64,000 nucleotides of DNA from an uncultured Clostridia bacterium. Lineage in GTDB: Bacteria; Bacillota; Clostridia; Oscillospirales; Oscillospiraceae. The notes under the pieces were generated by a model. The model saw only the letters and a list, made by a program, of their open reading frames with translations. It did no database searches and was not told where the DNA came from. Of the stretch, positions 55,338 to 64,000 are shown in pieces. The number at the start of each line of letters is the position of its first letter. Position 1 is the first letter of the stretch. The stretch covers positions 8,677-72,676 of the forward strand of contig CALIDF010000064.1 in assembly GCA_938049025.1 (NCBI GenBank). Direction: 5' to 3'. The position numbers and the translations under genes were made by a program.

Positions 55338-56024
55338 TTAAGACTTTTTCCCTGTGAGTGCCTGAATGGCCGCATGGGCCGCATTCTGCTCTGCCCGCTT
55401 TTTGCTGCTGCCCACACCTCTGCCGATAACGGTACCGTTCAGCGCGACTTCCACGGAAAACACCTTCTCGTGGTCAGGACCGGATTCTCCGGTGAGCGTA
55501 TAAGTCAGGGTCTGATTCTTTTTCTGCTGCACAAGCTCCTGCAGTCCGGTTTTATAATCAGCGTTGTGGAATTCCTCCACTGGAACCTCCACCAGAATAA
55601 ATCTGCGGATGAACTGCTTTGCCGCCTCCATGCCGCCGTCCAGGAAACAGGCGGCAATGACGGATTCCATGGCATCGGCAAGGATCGAATCCCGTGTTCT
55701 GCCGCCGAAGCGCTCCTCACCCTTCCCCAGAAGCAGATGCTCCCCCAGATGCAGCGTATTGGCCACCTCCGCAAGGGTCTTTTCGCAGACCATATCCGCC
55801 CGCATCCGGGTCAGCTCCCCCTCCGGTCGGTTGGGAAAGCTGCGATACAAATACTCCGCCACCAGCATTCCCAGAATGCTGTCCCCCAGAAACTCCAGCC
55901 GCTCATTGCTGAGCAGGCTGTTGTGCCAGTGCTCATTGGCATAGGAGGAATGGGTCAGAGCGTTTTGCAGCAGAGAAATATTGGTAAAGTGATAGCTGAT
56001 TGCCTGTTCCAGATCCTTAATCAT
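55338..56024 (-). CDS. rnc: Ribonuclease III
   Basis: ALTHSSY, NERLEFLGD, dsRBD with GSSKKRAEQ. Confidence 0.97.
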   Translation of the reverse strand: MIKDLEQAISYHFTNISLLQNALTHSSYANEHWHNSLLSNERLEFLGDSILGMLVAEYLYRSFPNRPEGELTRMRADMVCEKTLAEVANTLHLGEHLLLGKGEERFGGRTRDSILADAMESVIAACFLDGGMEAAKQFIRRFILVEVPVEEFHNADYKTGLQELVQQKKNQTLTYTLTGESGPDHEKVFSVEVALNGTVIGRGVGSSKKRAEQNAAHAAIQALTGKKS

Positions 56025-57054
56025 GATTCTGCTCCTTTTTCTCTGCCAGAACCGCGAGGGACTGCTCCAGTTCCGCCGTAAAGTCCTGCTCTGCCGCGTC
56101 TGCCGCCTGCTTGATGGCATTGCGGAAGGCCAGTGCGTCCGAAGAACCGTGGGCTTTGATTACCGGCTTGCGAATGCCCAGAAACTGTGTGCCGCCGATC
56201 TCCCGGTAGTCCATCATCTTCACAAGATCCGAAATTCCCGACCTGCACAGCAGATAGCCAAGCTTGGACGCCAGATTCTTCTTGAACGCCCGCTTCAGCA
56301 TGCTTCCCATGAACATGGCGGTACCTTCGATGGACTTGAGCAGCACGTTTCCGGAAAAGCCGTCGCAGACTACCACATCCACTGCGCCCAGAGGCACATC
56401 CCGCGCCTCCACATTGCCCACAAAATTCAGGAGCCCCAGCTTTGCCGCATTCTGCAGCAGGGCATATGTATCCTTCTGGAGCTGGGTGCCCTTGCTGTCC
56501 TCGGTGCCAATGTTCAGGAGTCCCACTCTGGGATTCTCCACCTTCAGCTGCTTTCTCGCGTAAATGGAACCCACCAACGCAAATTGCAGCAGAAAGTCCG
56601 GTGTGCACTCGGCATTTGCACCGCAGTCCACAATCACGGTTTTCCCACCGGCCTTATTGGGCATGGCTGGACCCATGGCTGCCCGACGGATTCCCCGCAC
56701 CCGCTTGACGATCAGCGTTGCTCCCGTCAGCAGTGCGCCGGTGGAACCGGCGGAAACGAAAGCGTCGCCCTGTCCCTCTGCCAGCAGACGCAGACCGATG
56801 ACCATGGAGGAATTTTTCCGTTTATGGATCACCGAGCCTGGATCATCGTGCATATCCACCACATCCTCGGCGTTGGCAATTTCCATTCCCTCCGGCAGGT
56901 CGGAGATACCATGGCGCCCCATAACCTCCAGAATGGACTCCCCACGTCCTACCAGCGTGATCTCCACGCCATAGGCCTTCTGTGCCTGAATGGCGCCCAG
57001 AACGGTCGCCTCCGGGGCGTTGTCACCACCCATGGCATCGAGAATGATCTTCAT
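56017..57054 (-). CDS. plsX: Phosphate acyltransferase
   Basis: LDAMGGDNAP, SAGSTGA, DCGANA, LNIGTEDSKG, CDGFSGN, KAHGSS. Confidence 0.96.
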   Translation of the reverse strand: MKIILDAMGGDNAPEATVLGAIQAQKAYGVEITLVGRGESILEVMGRHGISDLPEGMEIANAEDVVDMHDDPGSVIHKRKNSSMVIGLRLLAEGQGDAFVSAGSTGALLTGATLIVKRVRGIRRAAMGPAMPNKAGGKTVIVDCGANAECTPDFLLQFALVGSIYARKQLKVENPRVGLLNIGTEDSKGTQLQKDTYALLQNAAKLGLLNFVGNVEARDVPLGAVDVVVCDGFSGNVLLKSIEGTAMFMGSMLKRAFKKNLASKLGYLLCRSGISDLVKMMDYREIGGTQFLGIRKPVIKAHGSSDALAFRNAIKQAADAAEQDFTAELEQSLAVLAEKKEQNHD

Positions 57055-57082
57055 ACGCGTCCCCCTCTTTCTGTCAATGGTT

Positions 57083-58384
57083 TTAAAATCCGGCCGCCAC
57101 CAACGCATCCACGGCTTCCAGCGCCCGGGCGGATATGACGGCATTTTTTTCGGACTTCTTTCGAATCCGCTTCTCCAGCGGCGCGATAATACTGAAATTG
57201 ATATTCATGGGCTGGAAGGACTGCACCGCTTCGTCACTGATATACAATCCCAGCGCCCCGATGGCTGTGGTTTTGGGGAAATCCGGCGGCTCCGCACCGC
57301 GCAGTCTGGCCGCCATGGCAACGGCTGCCAGAAATCCGGAAGCGGTAGACTCCACGTACCCTTCCACCCCCGTCATCTGCCCGGCGAAGGCAACCATGGG
57401 GCTGCGTCTGTCGGCATAGTAGCGATCCAGCAGCCGGGGACTCTGGAGAAAGGTATTCCGGTGCATGACGCCGTACCGGAGAAACTCCGCGTGCTCCAGC
57501 CCCGGGATCATGGAGAACACGCGTTTCTGCTCTCCGAATTTCAGGTGGGTCTGAAAACCCACCAGATTATACACGCTCTTCGCCGCGTTATCCTGACGCA
57601 GCTGCACCACCGCCCAGGGCTCTTTGCCGGTTCCGGGGTCCCGCAGGCCCACGGGCTTCATGGGGCCGTAGCGAAGGGTATCCACTCCCCGGCGTGCCAT
57701 CACTTCCACAGGCATACAGCCCTCAAACACGTTGGCGTCCTCAAAACCGTGAACCTCCGCCTCTTCGGCATTGGCCAGCTCCCGGACAAAATCCGCATAC
57801 TGCTGAGCATCCAGCGCGCAGTTTACATAGTCCGGTGTGCCCCGGTCATACCGGGACTGCCACCACGCTTTGTCCATATCCACGGACTCCGCGGCAATCA
57901 GCGGCGCGGCGGCGTCAAAGAAATGCAGATAATCCTGCCCGAAGTAGCTTCCGATGGCGTCGCTCAGTCCGTCGGAGGTCAGCGGTCCCGTGGCGATGAT
58001 CACCGGTCCCTCCGGGACACGGGTGATCTCTCCGGGAATCACCGTAATGCCCGGATGCGAGCAGATCTTTTCCGTCACCATCCGGGAAAAGCCCTGCCGG
58101 TCTACCGCCAGGCAGCCGCCTGCCTCCACCCGGGAAGCATCGGCGCAGGTCATGATGAGACTTCCGCACCGGCGAAGTTCCTCTTTCAGCAGGCCCACCG
58201 CATTTTCCAGCCGGTCGCCCCGGAAGGAATTGGAGCACACCAGTTCGGCAAAATCCGTGCTGTGGTGCGCCGGGGTCATTTTTTCCGGCTTCATTTCATA
58301 CAGCTCCACCGAAAATCCCCGGTTTGCCAGCTGCCATGCAGCCTCGGAACCGGCCAGCCCGGCGCCAACCACTTTCACTGTCAT
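57083..58384 (-). CDS. trmFO: Folate/FAD-dependent tRNA (uracil-54) methyltransferase
   Basis: GAGLAGSEAAWQ, AELVCSNS, RYGVMHRN, AGQMTGVEGY. Confidence 0.96.
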   Translation of the reverse strand: MTVKVVGAGLAGSEAAWQLANRGFSVELYEMKPEKMTPAHHSTDFAELVCSNSFRGDRLENAVGLLKEELRRCGSLIMTCADASRVEAGGCLAVDRQGFSRMVTEKICSHPGITVIPGEITRVPEGPVIIATGPLTSDGLSDAIGSYFGQDYLHFFDAAAPLIAAESVDMDKAWWQSRYDRGTPDYVNCALDAQQYADFVRELANAEEAEVHGFEDANVFEGCMPVEVMARRGVDTLRYGPMKPVGLRDPGTGKEPWAVVQLRQDNAAKSVYNLVGFQTHLKFGEQKRVFSMIPGLEHAEFLRYGVMHRNTFLQSPRLLDRYYADRRSPMVAFAGQMTGVEGYVESTASGFLAAVAMAARLRGAEPPDFPKTTAIGALGLYISDEAVQSFQPMNINFSIIAPLEKRIRKKSEKNAVISARALEAVDALVAAGF

Positions 58385-58387
58385 GCT

Positions 58388-60688
58388 TTATGTCTCCTTA
58401 CTTTTGCGGGTTGCCGCTCTCTTTGGGGAAGCGGTCTTTTTTGCGGCTGTCGTTTTCTTCGGCGCAGCTGCTTTTTTTGCCGTTGTCTTCTTTTTTGCCG
58501 CTTTCGCTTCTTCCGGCTGAGGCGCTGCCGTTTCGACTGCTTCGGGCGTCGCTTCTCCGCCGGGGGCGGCATCGGTTTTCTTTTTATAGTAGCCCCGCTT
58601 GTCCTCCGGAAGGAAGTTGGAGCAGTTGGGATTCACGCAGAAGGGCTTCATCCGCCCCTTTCCGGAACGCTTGAACAGAGTCTGTCCGCAGACCGGGCAA
58701 TCCTCCGCCGTGGGTACGTCCCAAGTCATGAAGCCGCACTGCGCACCCTGTTCACAGGCATAGTAGGCGAAGCCCCGCTTGGAGCGCCGCTTAAGCAGCC
58801 CACTGCCGCACTTGGGGCAGCGTCCGGGCATCCGTTCCACCAGAGGCTTGGTAAATTTACACTCCGGGAAACCGGGGCACGCCAGGAATTTACCAAAGCG
58901 ACCGGTTTTGATCACCATTTTCCGTCCGCAGAGTTCACAGACCTCGTCGGTCTCCTCCTCCGGAACCTTGAGCCGGACCCCCTCCAGCGCAGTTTCCGCA
59001 TCCTTCAGCTCCGTTTCAAAGTCCTTGTAAAAATCGGACAGCAGATCCACCCAGTTCTGCTTACCCTCTTCCACCTGGTCCAGGCGGCTTTCCATGTTGG
59101 CGGTGAATTCCACGTCGATAATATCCTGAAACCGCTCCACCATCAGCCCCGTGACCACTTCGCCCAAAGGCGTCGGCATCAGGTGCTTGTCCTTTTTCTC
59201 AACATATTCCCGATCCTCGATGGTGGAAATGGTAGCGGCGTAGGTGGAAGGCCGTCCCACGCCCTTTTCTTCCATAGCCTTCACAAGGGAGGCCTCCGTA
59301 AACCGGGCAGGGGGCTGGGTAAAGTGCTGCTGGGGATCCATGGCAGTGGCCTCCGCCTGATCGCCCACCTCCAGATCCGGCAGGGCAGAGCCTACCGGCT
59401 CCCCATCGTCATCCCGTCCTTCCTCATACACGGCAATGAAGCCCGGGAAGCGGATACTCTGATTGGTCGCCCGGAATACATGTCCGGCACAGACCGAGTC
59501 GATCGCCACCGTATCATAGACGGCGTTTGCCATCTGGCTTGCCAGAAAACGGCTCCAGATCAGCTTATACAGCCGGTACTGATCCAGCGTAAGGCTGGAC
59601 TTGACCCGCTCCGGATCCAACTCCACATGGGTAGGACGAATGGCTTCGTGGGCATCCTGTGCTCCGGCCTTCGTCTTATACACATGGAACTTTCCGTAAT
59701 AATAGCTGTCGCCGTAGCGTCCCCGGATGAATTCCGCTGCGGCGGTCATGGCTTCATCGCTCAGACGCAGAGAGTCGGTACGCATGTAGGTAATGAGGCC
59801 CAGCGTTCCCTCCCCTGCCACATCTACGCCCTCGTAAAGCTGCTGCGCCAACATCATGGTACGCTTTGGCGTCATGTTCAGCTTCCGGGAAGCTTCCTGC
59901 TGCAAAGTAGAGGTGGTGAAGGGAGGCGCGGCAGAGCGCTTCTTTTCCGCCCGCTTCACGCTGGTGACCGTAAAGGGCTTTCCCGCAATGTCCGCCATGA
60001 CGGCCCGGGTCTGCTCCTCGTTTTCCAATTCCCGCTTTTTGTCGTCACCATAGTACCGGGTCACAAAAGCGCCGGACTTGCCGATCCGGGCAAGCTTTAC
60101 ATCCAGCGACCAGTACTCTCTTGGCTGAAAGGCGCGGATCTCGTTTTCCCGGTCCACAACCATTCTCGTTGCGACAGACTGAACCCGTCCGGCGGACAGG
60201 CCCCTGCGGATCTTTTTCCACAGCAGTGGGGACAGCTCATAGCCCACAATCCGATCCAGAATCCGCCGCGCCTGCTGGGCATCCACCAGATCATAGTCAA
60301 TGTTCCGGGGATTCCGAATGGACTGGCAGACCACATTTTTGGTAATTTCGTTAAAGGTGACCCGGTGGGTCTTACTGTCCGGTAGGCCCAGCAGCTCCTT
60401 CAGGTGCCAGGAAATTGCCTCTCCCTCCCGGTCAGGGTCCGTTGCCAGATACACGGTATCGGCAGACGCAGCCGCGGTTTTCAGTTCCCGGATCAGCTCT
60501 TCTTTTCCTTTTACCGGAATATAATGGGGGGTGAAGCCGTGTTCCAGATCCACGCCCATGGTGCTCCGGGGCAGATCCCGCAGATGTCCCATGCTGGCCT
60601 TTACCACATAATCCGGTCCCAGATATTTTCCGATGGTTTTCGCCTTGGAAGGCGACTCCACGATCACAAGATTACTCGGTCTTGCCAT
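58388..60688 (-). CDS. topA: DNA topoisomerase I
   Basis: IVESPSKAK, ATDPDREGE, SAGRVQS, ITYMRTDS, three zinc ribbons. Confidence 0.97.
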   Translation of the reverse strand: MARPSNLVIVESPSKAKTIGKYLGPDYVVKASMGHLRDLPRSTMGVDLEHGFTPHYIPVKGKEELIRELKTAAASADTVYLATDPDREGEAISWHLKELLGLPDSKTHRVTFNEITKNVVCQSIRNPRNIDYDLVDAQQARRILDRIVGYELSPLLWKKIRRGLSAGRVQSVATRMVVDRENEIRAFQPREYWSLDVKLARIGKSGAFVTRYYGDDKKRELENEEQTRAVMADIAGKPFTVTSVKRAEKKRSAAPPFTTSTLQQEASRKLNMTPKRTMMLAQQLYEGVDVAGEGTLGLITYMRTDSLRLSDEAMTAAAEFIRGRYGDSYYYGKFHVYKTKAGAQDAHEAIRPTHVELDPERVKSSLTLDQYRLYKLIWSRFLASQMANAVYDTVAIDSVCAGHVFRATNQSIRFPGFIAVYEEGRDDDGEPVGSALPDLEVGDQAEATAMDPQQHFTQPPARFTEASLVKAMEEKGVGRPSTYAATISTIEDREYVEKKDKHLMPTPLGEVVTGLMVERFQDIIDVEFTANMESRLDQVEEGKQNWVDLLSDFYKDFETELKDAETALEGVRLKVPEEETDEVCELCGRKMVIKTGRFGKFLACPGFPECKFTKPLVERMPGRCPKCGSGLLKRRSKRGFAYYACEQGAQCGFMTWDVPTAEDCPVCGQTLFKRSGKGRMKPFCVNPNCSNFLPEDKRGYYKKKTDAAPGGEATPEAVETAAPQPEEAKAAKKKTTAKKAAAPKKTTAAKKTASPKRAATRKSKET

Positions 60689-60704
60689 GTATATTCTCCG
60701 TTTC

Positions 60705-61919
60705 CTACTGTTGAGATTTGAGGGCTGCCCGTTTTCCCGGGAGCCGGATAATTTTCCCCTTGATTTCCAGCACGGTCATCAGTGCCAGAACCTTCGCCGC
60801 ACTCATGCCGCTGTCCGCAATAACCGCATCCACAGGCTGCTCCCCGCCCATCAGGCAGCGAACGATCGTCTGCTCCTCGGGGCTGAGTCCGGCAAGGGTA
60901 TCCGTTGGGACAGGATACTCCCCGTCTGAACGTTTGTCAATGTCTTTTTTGTCGGCAGGGGAAGTTTTGGCTCTGGGCACCCTTCTTTTTTCCGCCACCA
61001 GCGCTGCCGGCTGCGGGCTTTCCGGTTCCTCCGGGCGACGGATCGCCCCGGGGTATTGACCGGCATAGGTTTCCAGCACATCCCAGCCGCAGCTGACCGC
61101 CGCAGCTCCCTCCCGAATCAGCCGGTTGCTTCCCTGAAAGCCTGGAAGATCCACGTTCCCTGGCAGAGCAAACACATCTCTGCCCTGCTCCAACGCATGC
61201 TGCACGGTAATGAGAGAGCCGCTCTTTTCCGGTGCCTCCACCACAACCACGCCCCGGCTGAGGCCGCTGATGATCCGGTTCCGTCTGGGGAAGGTCCACC
61301 TGGCCCCCGGCGTTCCCGGAGGGTACTCGGAAAGGATGCAGCCCTGTCTGCGGGTATCCGCAAACAGCTCCCGGTTGGATTTGGGATATATTTCATCAAT
61401 GCCGCAGCCCAGAACGCCGATCACGGGTGCTCCTGCCGCCAGCGCACCGTTCATTGCGGTGCCGTCTACACCCATTGCCATGCCGGAAACCACGATCCCG
61501 CCACCGGAGGCAATGCCGTAGCCCATCCGCCATGCAGCCGCGCTGCCGTAAGCGGAAGGATGCCGGGTTCCCACAATGCCGATCACGGGATTCTCATCCA
61601 CATCCGGCAGGGTTCCCAGAACATACAGAACCATGGGCGGGTCGAAGATGCTTTTCAGCCGGGTTGGGTAGCCGCTGTCCTCCAGACAAAGGATACCCAC
61701 ATTCTTCTCCATGCACTCGCCCAGGATTTTCTTTTCTTCGGTCAGATTTTTATCCAGCAGCGACTTGACCGCATCGGAACGCAGCCAGGAAAGCTCCTGA
61801 AATTCTCTCGCACCGGCTTCGTACACCTCTGCCGCGGAGGAAAAATGCTGTACAAGCCGCATCCGCAGATAATCGCTCAGCCCGGTTCTCCGGGTCAGCC
61901 AGATCCAGTGCTCCAGCAT
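60705..61919 (-). CDS. dprA: DNA-processing protein DprA
   Basis: IVGTR, VSGMAMGVD, FPRRNRIISGL, SGSLIT, C-terminal wHTH. Confidence 0.95.
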   Translation of the reverse strand: MLEHWIWLTRRTGLSDYLRMRLVQHFSSAAEVYEAGAREFQELSWLRSDAVKSLLDKNLTEEKKILGECMEKNVGILCLEDSGYPTRLKSIFDPPMVLYVLGTLPDVDENPVIGIVGTRHPSAYGSAAAWRMGYGIASGGGIVVSGMAMGVDGTAMNGALAAGAPVIGVLGCGIDEIYPKSNRELFADTRRQGCILSEYPPGTPGARWTFPRRNRIISGLSRGVVVVEAPEKSGSLITVQHALEQGRDVFALPGNVDLPGFQGSNRLIREGAAAVSCGWDVLETYAGQYPGAIRRPEEPESPQPAALVAEKRRVPRAKTSPADKKDIDKRSDGEYPVPTDTLAGLSPEEQTIVRCLMGGEQPVDAVIADSGMSAAKVLALMTVLEIKGKIIRLPGKRAALKSQQ

Positions 61920-61941
61920 GCTTTTTCCTCCTTTCGCAGGT

Positions 61942-62703
61942 TTACAGGTTCCCCGTCTTTCCCATCTGCCACATGACGATTGCCGCGGCAATGGCAGCGT
62001 TCAGGGACTCACAGTGGGGCGTCATGGGGATGATCAGAGTCTGTTCCGCTTGGGACAGGATCTCCGGGCGGACCCCCCGCCCCTCGCTTCCGATCACCAC
62101 GGCAAGCTTTTCCGGCTGCCGGGTACGGATATCTCCGGCCCTTTCATCCATTGCCGTCGCGGCAATCGGGATTTTTGCAGTGTGAAGCGTGTTCCTCGCC
62201 GCTTCCCAGGTCAGGCTCACCGGCGGCGTACGGAACACGGCCCCCATGCTGGAACGAACCACCTTGTGGCTGTAAGGATCGGCACAGCCTTCCAGCAGTA
62301 TAACGGGCACGTTCAGCGCGTCTGCCGTTCGGAGAATCGTTCCCAGGTTTCCCGGGTCCTGAATCCCATCCAGCAGAACGGTACCCGGGCAGGGCACATA
62401 GGGCTTTTTGGGGGGAAACCGGCACAGAAACAAGGCTCCCTGCGGAGAAGACATGGGCGACACGGAGGCCATCACATCCTCCGGGACCCGGACCAGCCGC
62501 ACATTTTCGGGAACGCTTGCTTCTACTCCGTCGGAAAGAATGACCGTATCCAGCCCCGGGCAAAACCGGACCGCTTCCTCCAGCAGCTTGGTTCCGTCCG
62601 AAACGAACAGTCCCGCTTCCTCCCGGGCAGCCCGGGAGGTGAGCAGGCGCCGCACCTGCATGATCAGAGGATTTTTTCGGGAGGTGATTCTTTCTTCCAT
62701 CAA
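61942..62703 (-). CDS. TrmH/SpoU family RNA methyltransferase
   Basis: LDGIQDPGNLGTILR, IGSEGRG, ESLNAAIA. Confidence 0.92.
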   Translation of the reverse strand: MMEERITSRKNPLIMQVRRLLTSRAAREEAGLFVSDGTKLLEEAVRFCPGLDTVILSDGVEASVPENVRLVRVPEDVMASVSPMSSPQGALFLCRFPPKKPYVPCPGTVLLDGIQDPGNLGTILRTADALNVPVILLEGCADPYSHKVVRSSMGAVFRTPPVSLTWEAARNTLHTAKIPIAATAMDERAGDIRTRQPEKLAVVIGSEGRGVRPEILSQAEQTLIIPMTPHCESLNAAIAAAIVMWQMGKTGNL

Positions 62704-63347
62704 AGCTTCTGCACTCTTTCCAGCGCCGCGTTATCACCCAGCACCGCAAGCACATCCTTTTCCACGATCCTGTAATCTGCGGACGGAGACACGTTGGTTT
62801 TCCCGTCGTTCTCCACCGCGATAATGTTAACGCCCAGCTTTGCCCGGACATTCAGCTCTTTCAGGGACTTGCCCACCCAGCCTGCCGGGGCGGGAACCTC
62901 CAGAATTCCGTATTCGCCGGAAATCTCAATATAGTCCAGGACGTTGTGGCTGTTCAGGCTTCTGGCCAGCCGCTGACCGTATTCCTGCTCCGGGATCACG
63001 ACCCGGTCCACCCCCAGCTTTTCCAGCACCCGGCGGTGAGTCTCGTCATGGGCCTTGCACACAATATAGGGCATGCCCAGCTCCTTCAGGTTCATGGTGA
63101 TCAGAACGGAGGCGGCAAGATCGTCACCGATGGCAATGATGGCACAGTCAAAATTTCTGGCTCCCAGTGCCCGGAGAACCTCCTTGTCCTGGGCGTCGCC
63201 CACTGCCGCGTGGGTCACCTCGTTTGATACCTGCTGCACCAACTCGCTGCGTACATCCAGCACCAGCACCTCTGCCCCCAGCCCGCACAGCTGCCGGGCA
63301 ATGGCAGAGCCAAAGCGTCCCAAACCGATAACCATAAAGTTTTTCAT
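62700..63347 (-). CDS. ktrA: Ktr/Trk potassium uptake regulatory subunit (RCK_N plus RCK_C)
   Basis: VIGLGRFG Rossmann motif, GVDRVVIPE, GKSLKELNVR. Confidence 0.9.
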   Translation of the reverse strand: MKNFMVIGLGRFGSAIARQLCGLGAEVLVLDVRSELVQQVSNEVTHAAVGDAQDKEVLRALGARNFDCAIIAIGDDLAASVLITMNLKELGMPYIVCKAHDETHRRVLEKLGVDRVVIPEQEYGQRLARSLNSHNVLDYIEISGEYGILEVPAPAGWVGKSLKELNVRAKLGVNIIAVENDGKTNVSPSADYRIVEKDVLAVLGDNAALERVQKL

Positions 63348-63360
63348 GAATATTTTCTCC

Positions 63361-64000
63361 TTACCCGATCAGCAGATTGGTCTGAGCATACCGGAACCGC
63401 TCTTCCGCCCGGTCTCCCATCAGGAAGCCCAGACTGATGGTCAGTACACCGACCCGGCCGAAATACATATAAAGAATGATGAGGATCTGAGAAGCCACCG
63501 AAAGCTTCCCTGTGACCCCGGCGGTCAGGCCCACCGTTCCGAGGGCCGAAATCGCCTCATACAGAGCGTCCGTAAAGCCTACCGGGGAGGTAGCACTGAT
63601 AAACGCGCCGCCGAAGAAAGACAGCAGCAGCATGATTGCACCGATGGTCATGGCATCCAGCACCTGCGCCTGAGGGATCGTCCGCTTGAAGGCGCAGACT
63701 GTGCTCCTGCCTCTGGCCCTTGTCCAGATAAAAAGCAGTACCACGACAAAGGTAACGGTTTTCAGTCCGCCTGCCGTGGAGCCGGAGGAGCCGCCGATGA
63801 GCATCAGAACCATGGCAACCGCTTTTCCCGCATCCGTAAGCCCTGCCTGATCAATAGCCGCAAAGCCTGCGGTGCGGAGGGTCACAGACTGGAAAAAGCC
63901 GCCCACAAGCTTATCTCCGAAAGACAGATTTCCAAGGGTTGACGGATTGTTCCATTCCAGGATCAGGGTCAGCACCCAGCCCCCGAGAAGCAGGCAGAGC
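63361..64000 (-). CDS. ktrB: Ktr/Trk potassium uptake membrane subunit (partial; 5' end beyond the window)
   Basis: FFQSVTLRTAGF, IGGSSGSTAGGLK, SALGTVGL, MYFGRVG. Confidence 0.9.
   Translation of the reverse strand, partial: LCLLLGGWVLTLILEWNNPSTLGNLSFGDKLVGGFFQSVTLRTAGFAAIDQAGLTDAGKAVAMVLMLIGGSSGSTAGGLKTVTFVVVLLFIWTRARGRSTVCAFKRTIPQAQVLDAMTIGAIMLLLSFFGGAFISATSPVGFTDALYEAISALGTVGLTAGVTGKLSVASQILIILYMYFGRVGVLTISLGFLMGDRAEERFRYAQTNLLIG

Overview
Chromosomal window from a moderately GC-rich Clostridia-type bacterium, probably Oscillospiraceae-like (inferred from gene content and order, not proven). It is mostly housekeeping genes: asnB, trxA, adhE, recD2-comF-mreB, a complete F1Fo atp operon, asnS, radC-uvrB, uvrA, rlmH, pyrG, a type III glutamine synthetase, yebC, and ktr-trmH-dprA-topA-trmFO-plsX-rnc. 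There is also a 17-gene Wzy-dependent polysaccharide cluster (34954-52636). I saw no rRNA, tRNA, CRISPR array, transposase or integrase. Most interesting signals: (1) Two divergent nitrogen cassettes, each with an ANTAR protein whose receiver domain lacks the phospho-acceptor Asp. One ANTAR gene is paired with a truncated GS-I-like protein lacking the catalytic flap Glu, and hairpin/terminator leaders precede asnB, GSIII, the second ANTAR gene and pyrG. This suggests a kinase-free, pseudo-enzyme-sensed RNA antitermination circuit. (2) A low-GC GNAT gene bracketed exactly by 14-bp inverted repeats downstream of an external promoter, with related 12-mers bracketing small hairpin elements elsewhere, a possible cassette-mobility system. 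(3) A de-N-acetylase/formyltransferase pair flanking the priming transferase of the glycan cluster. (4) An orphan histidine-kinase-like protein with no H-box His. All functional calls come from motif recognition by eye; no searches were run.
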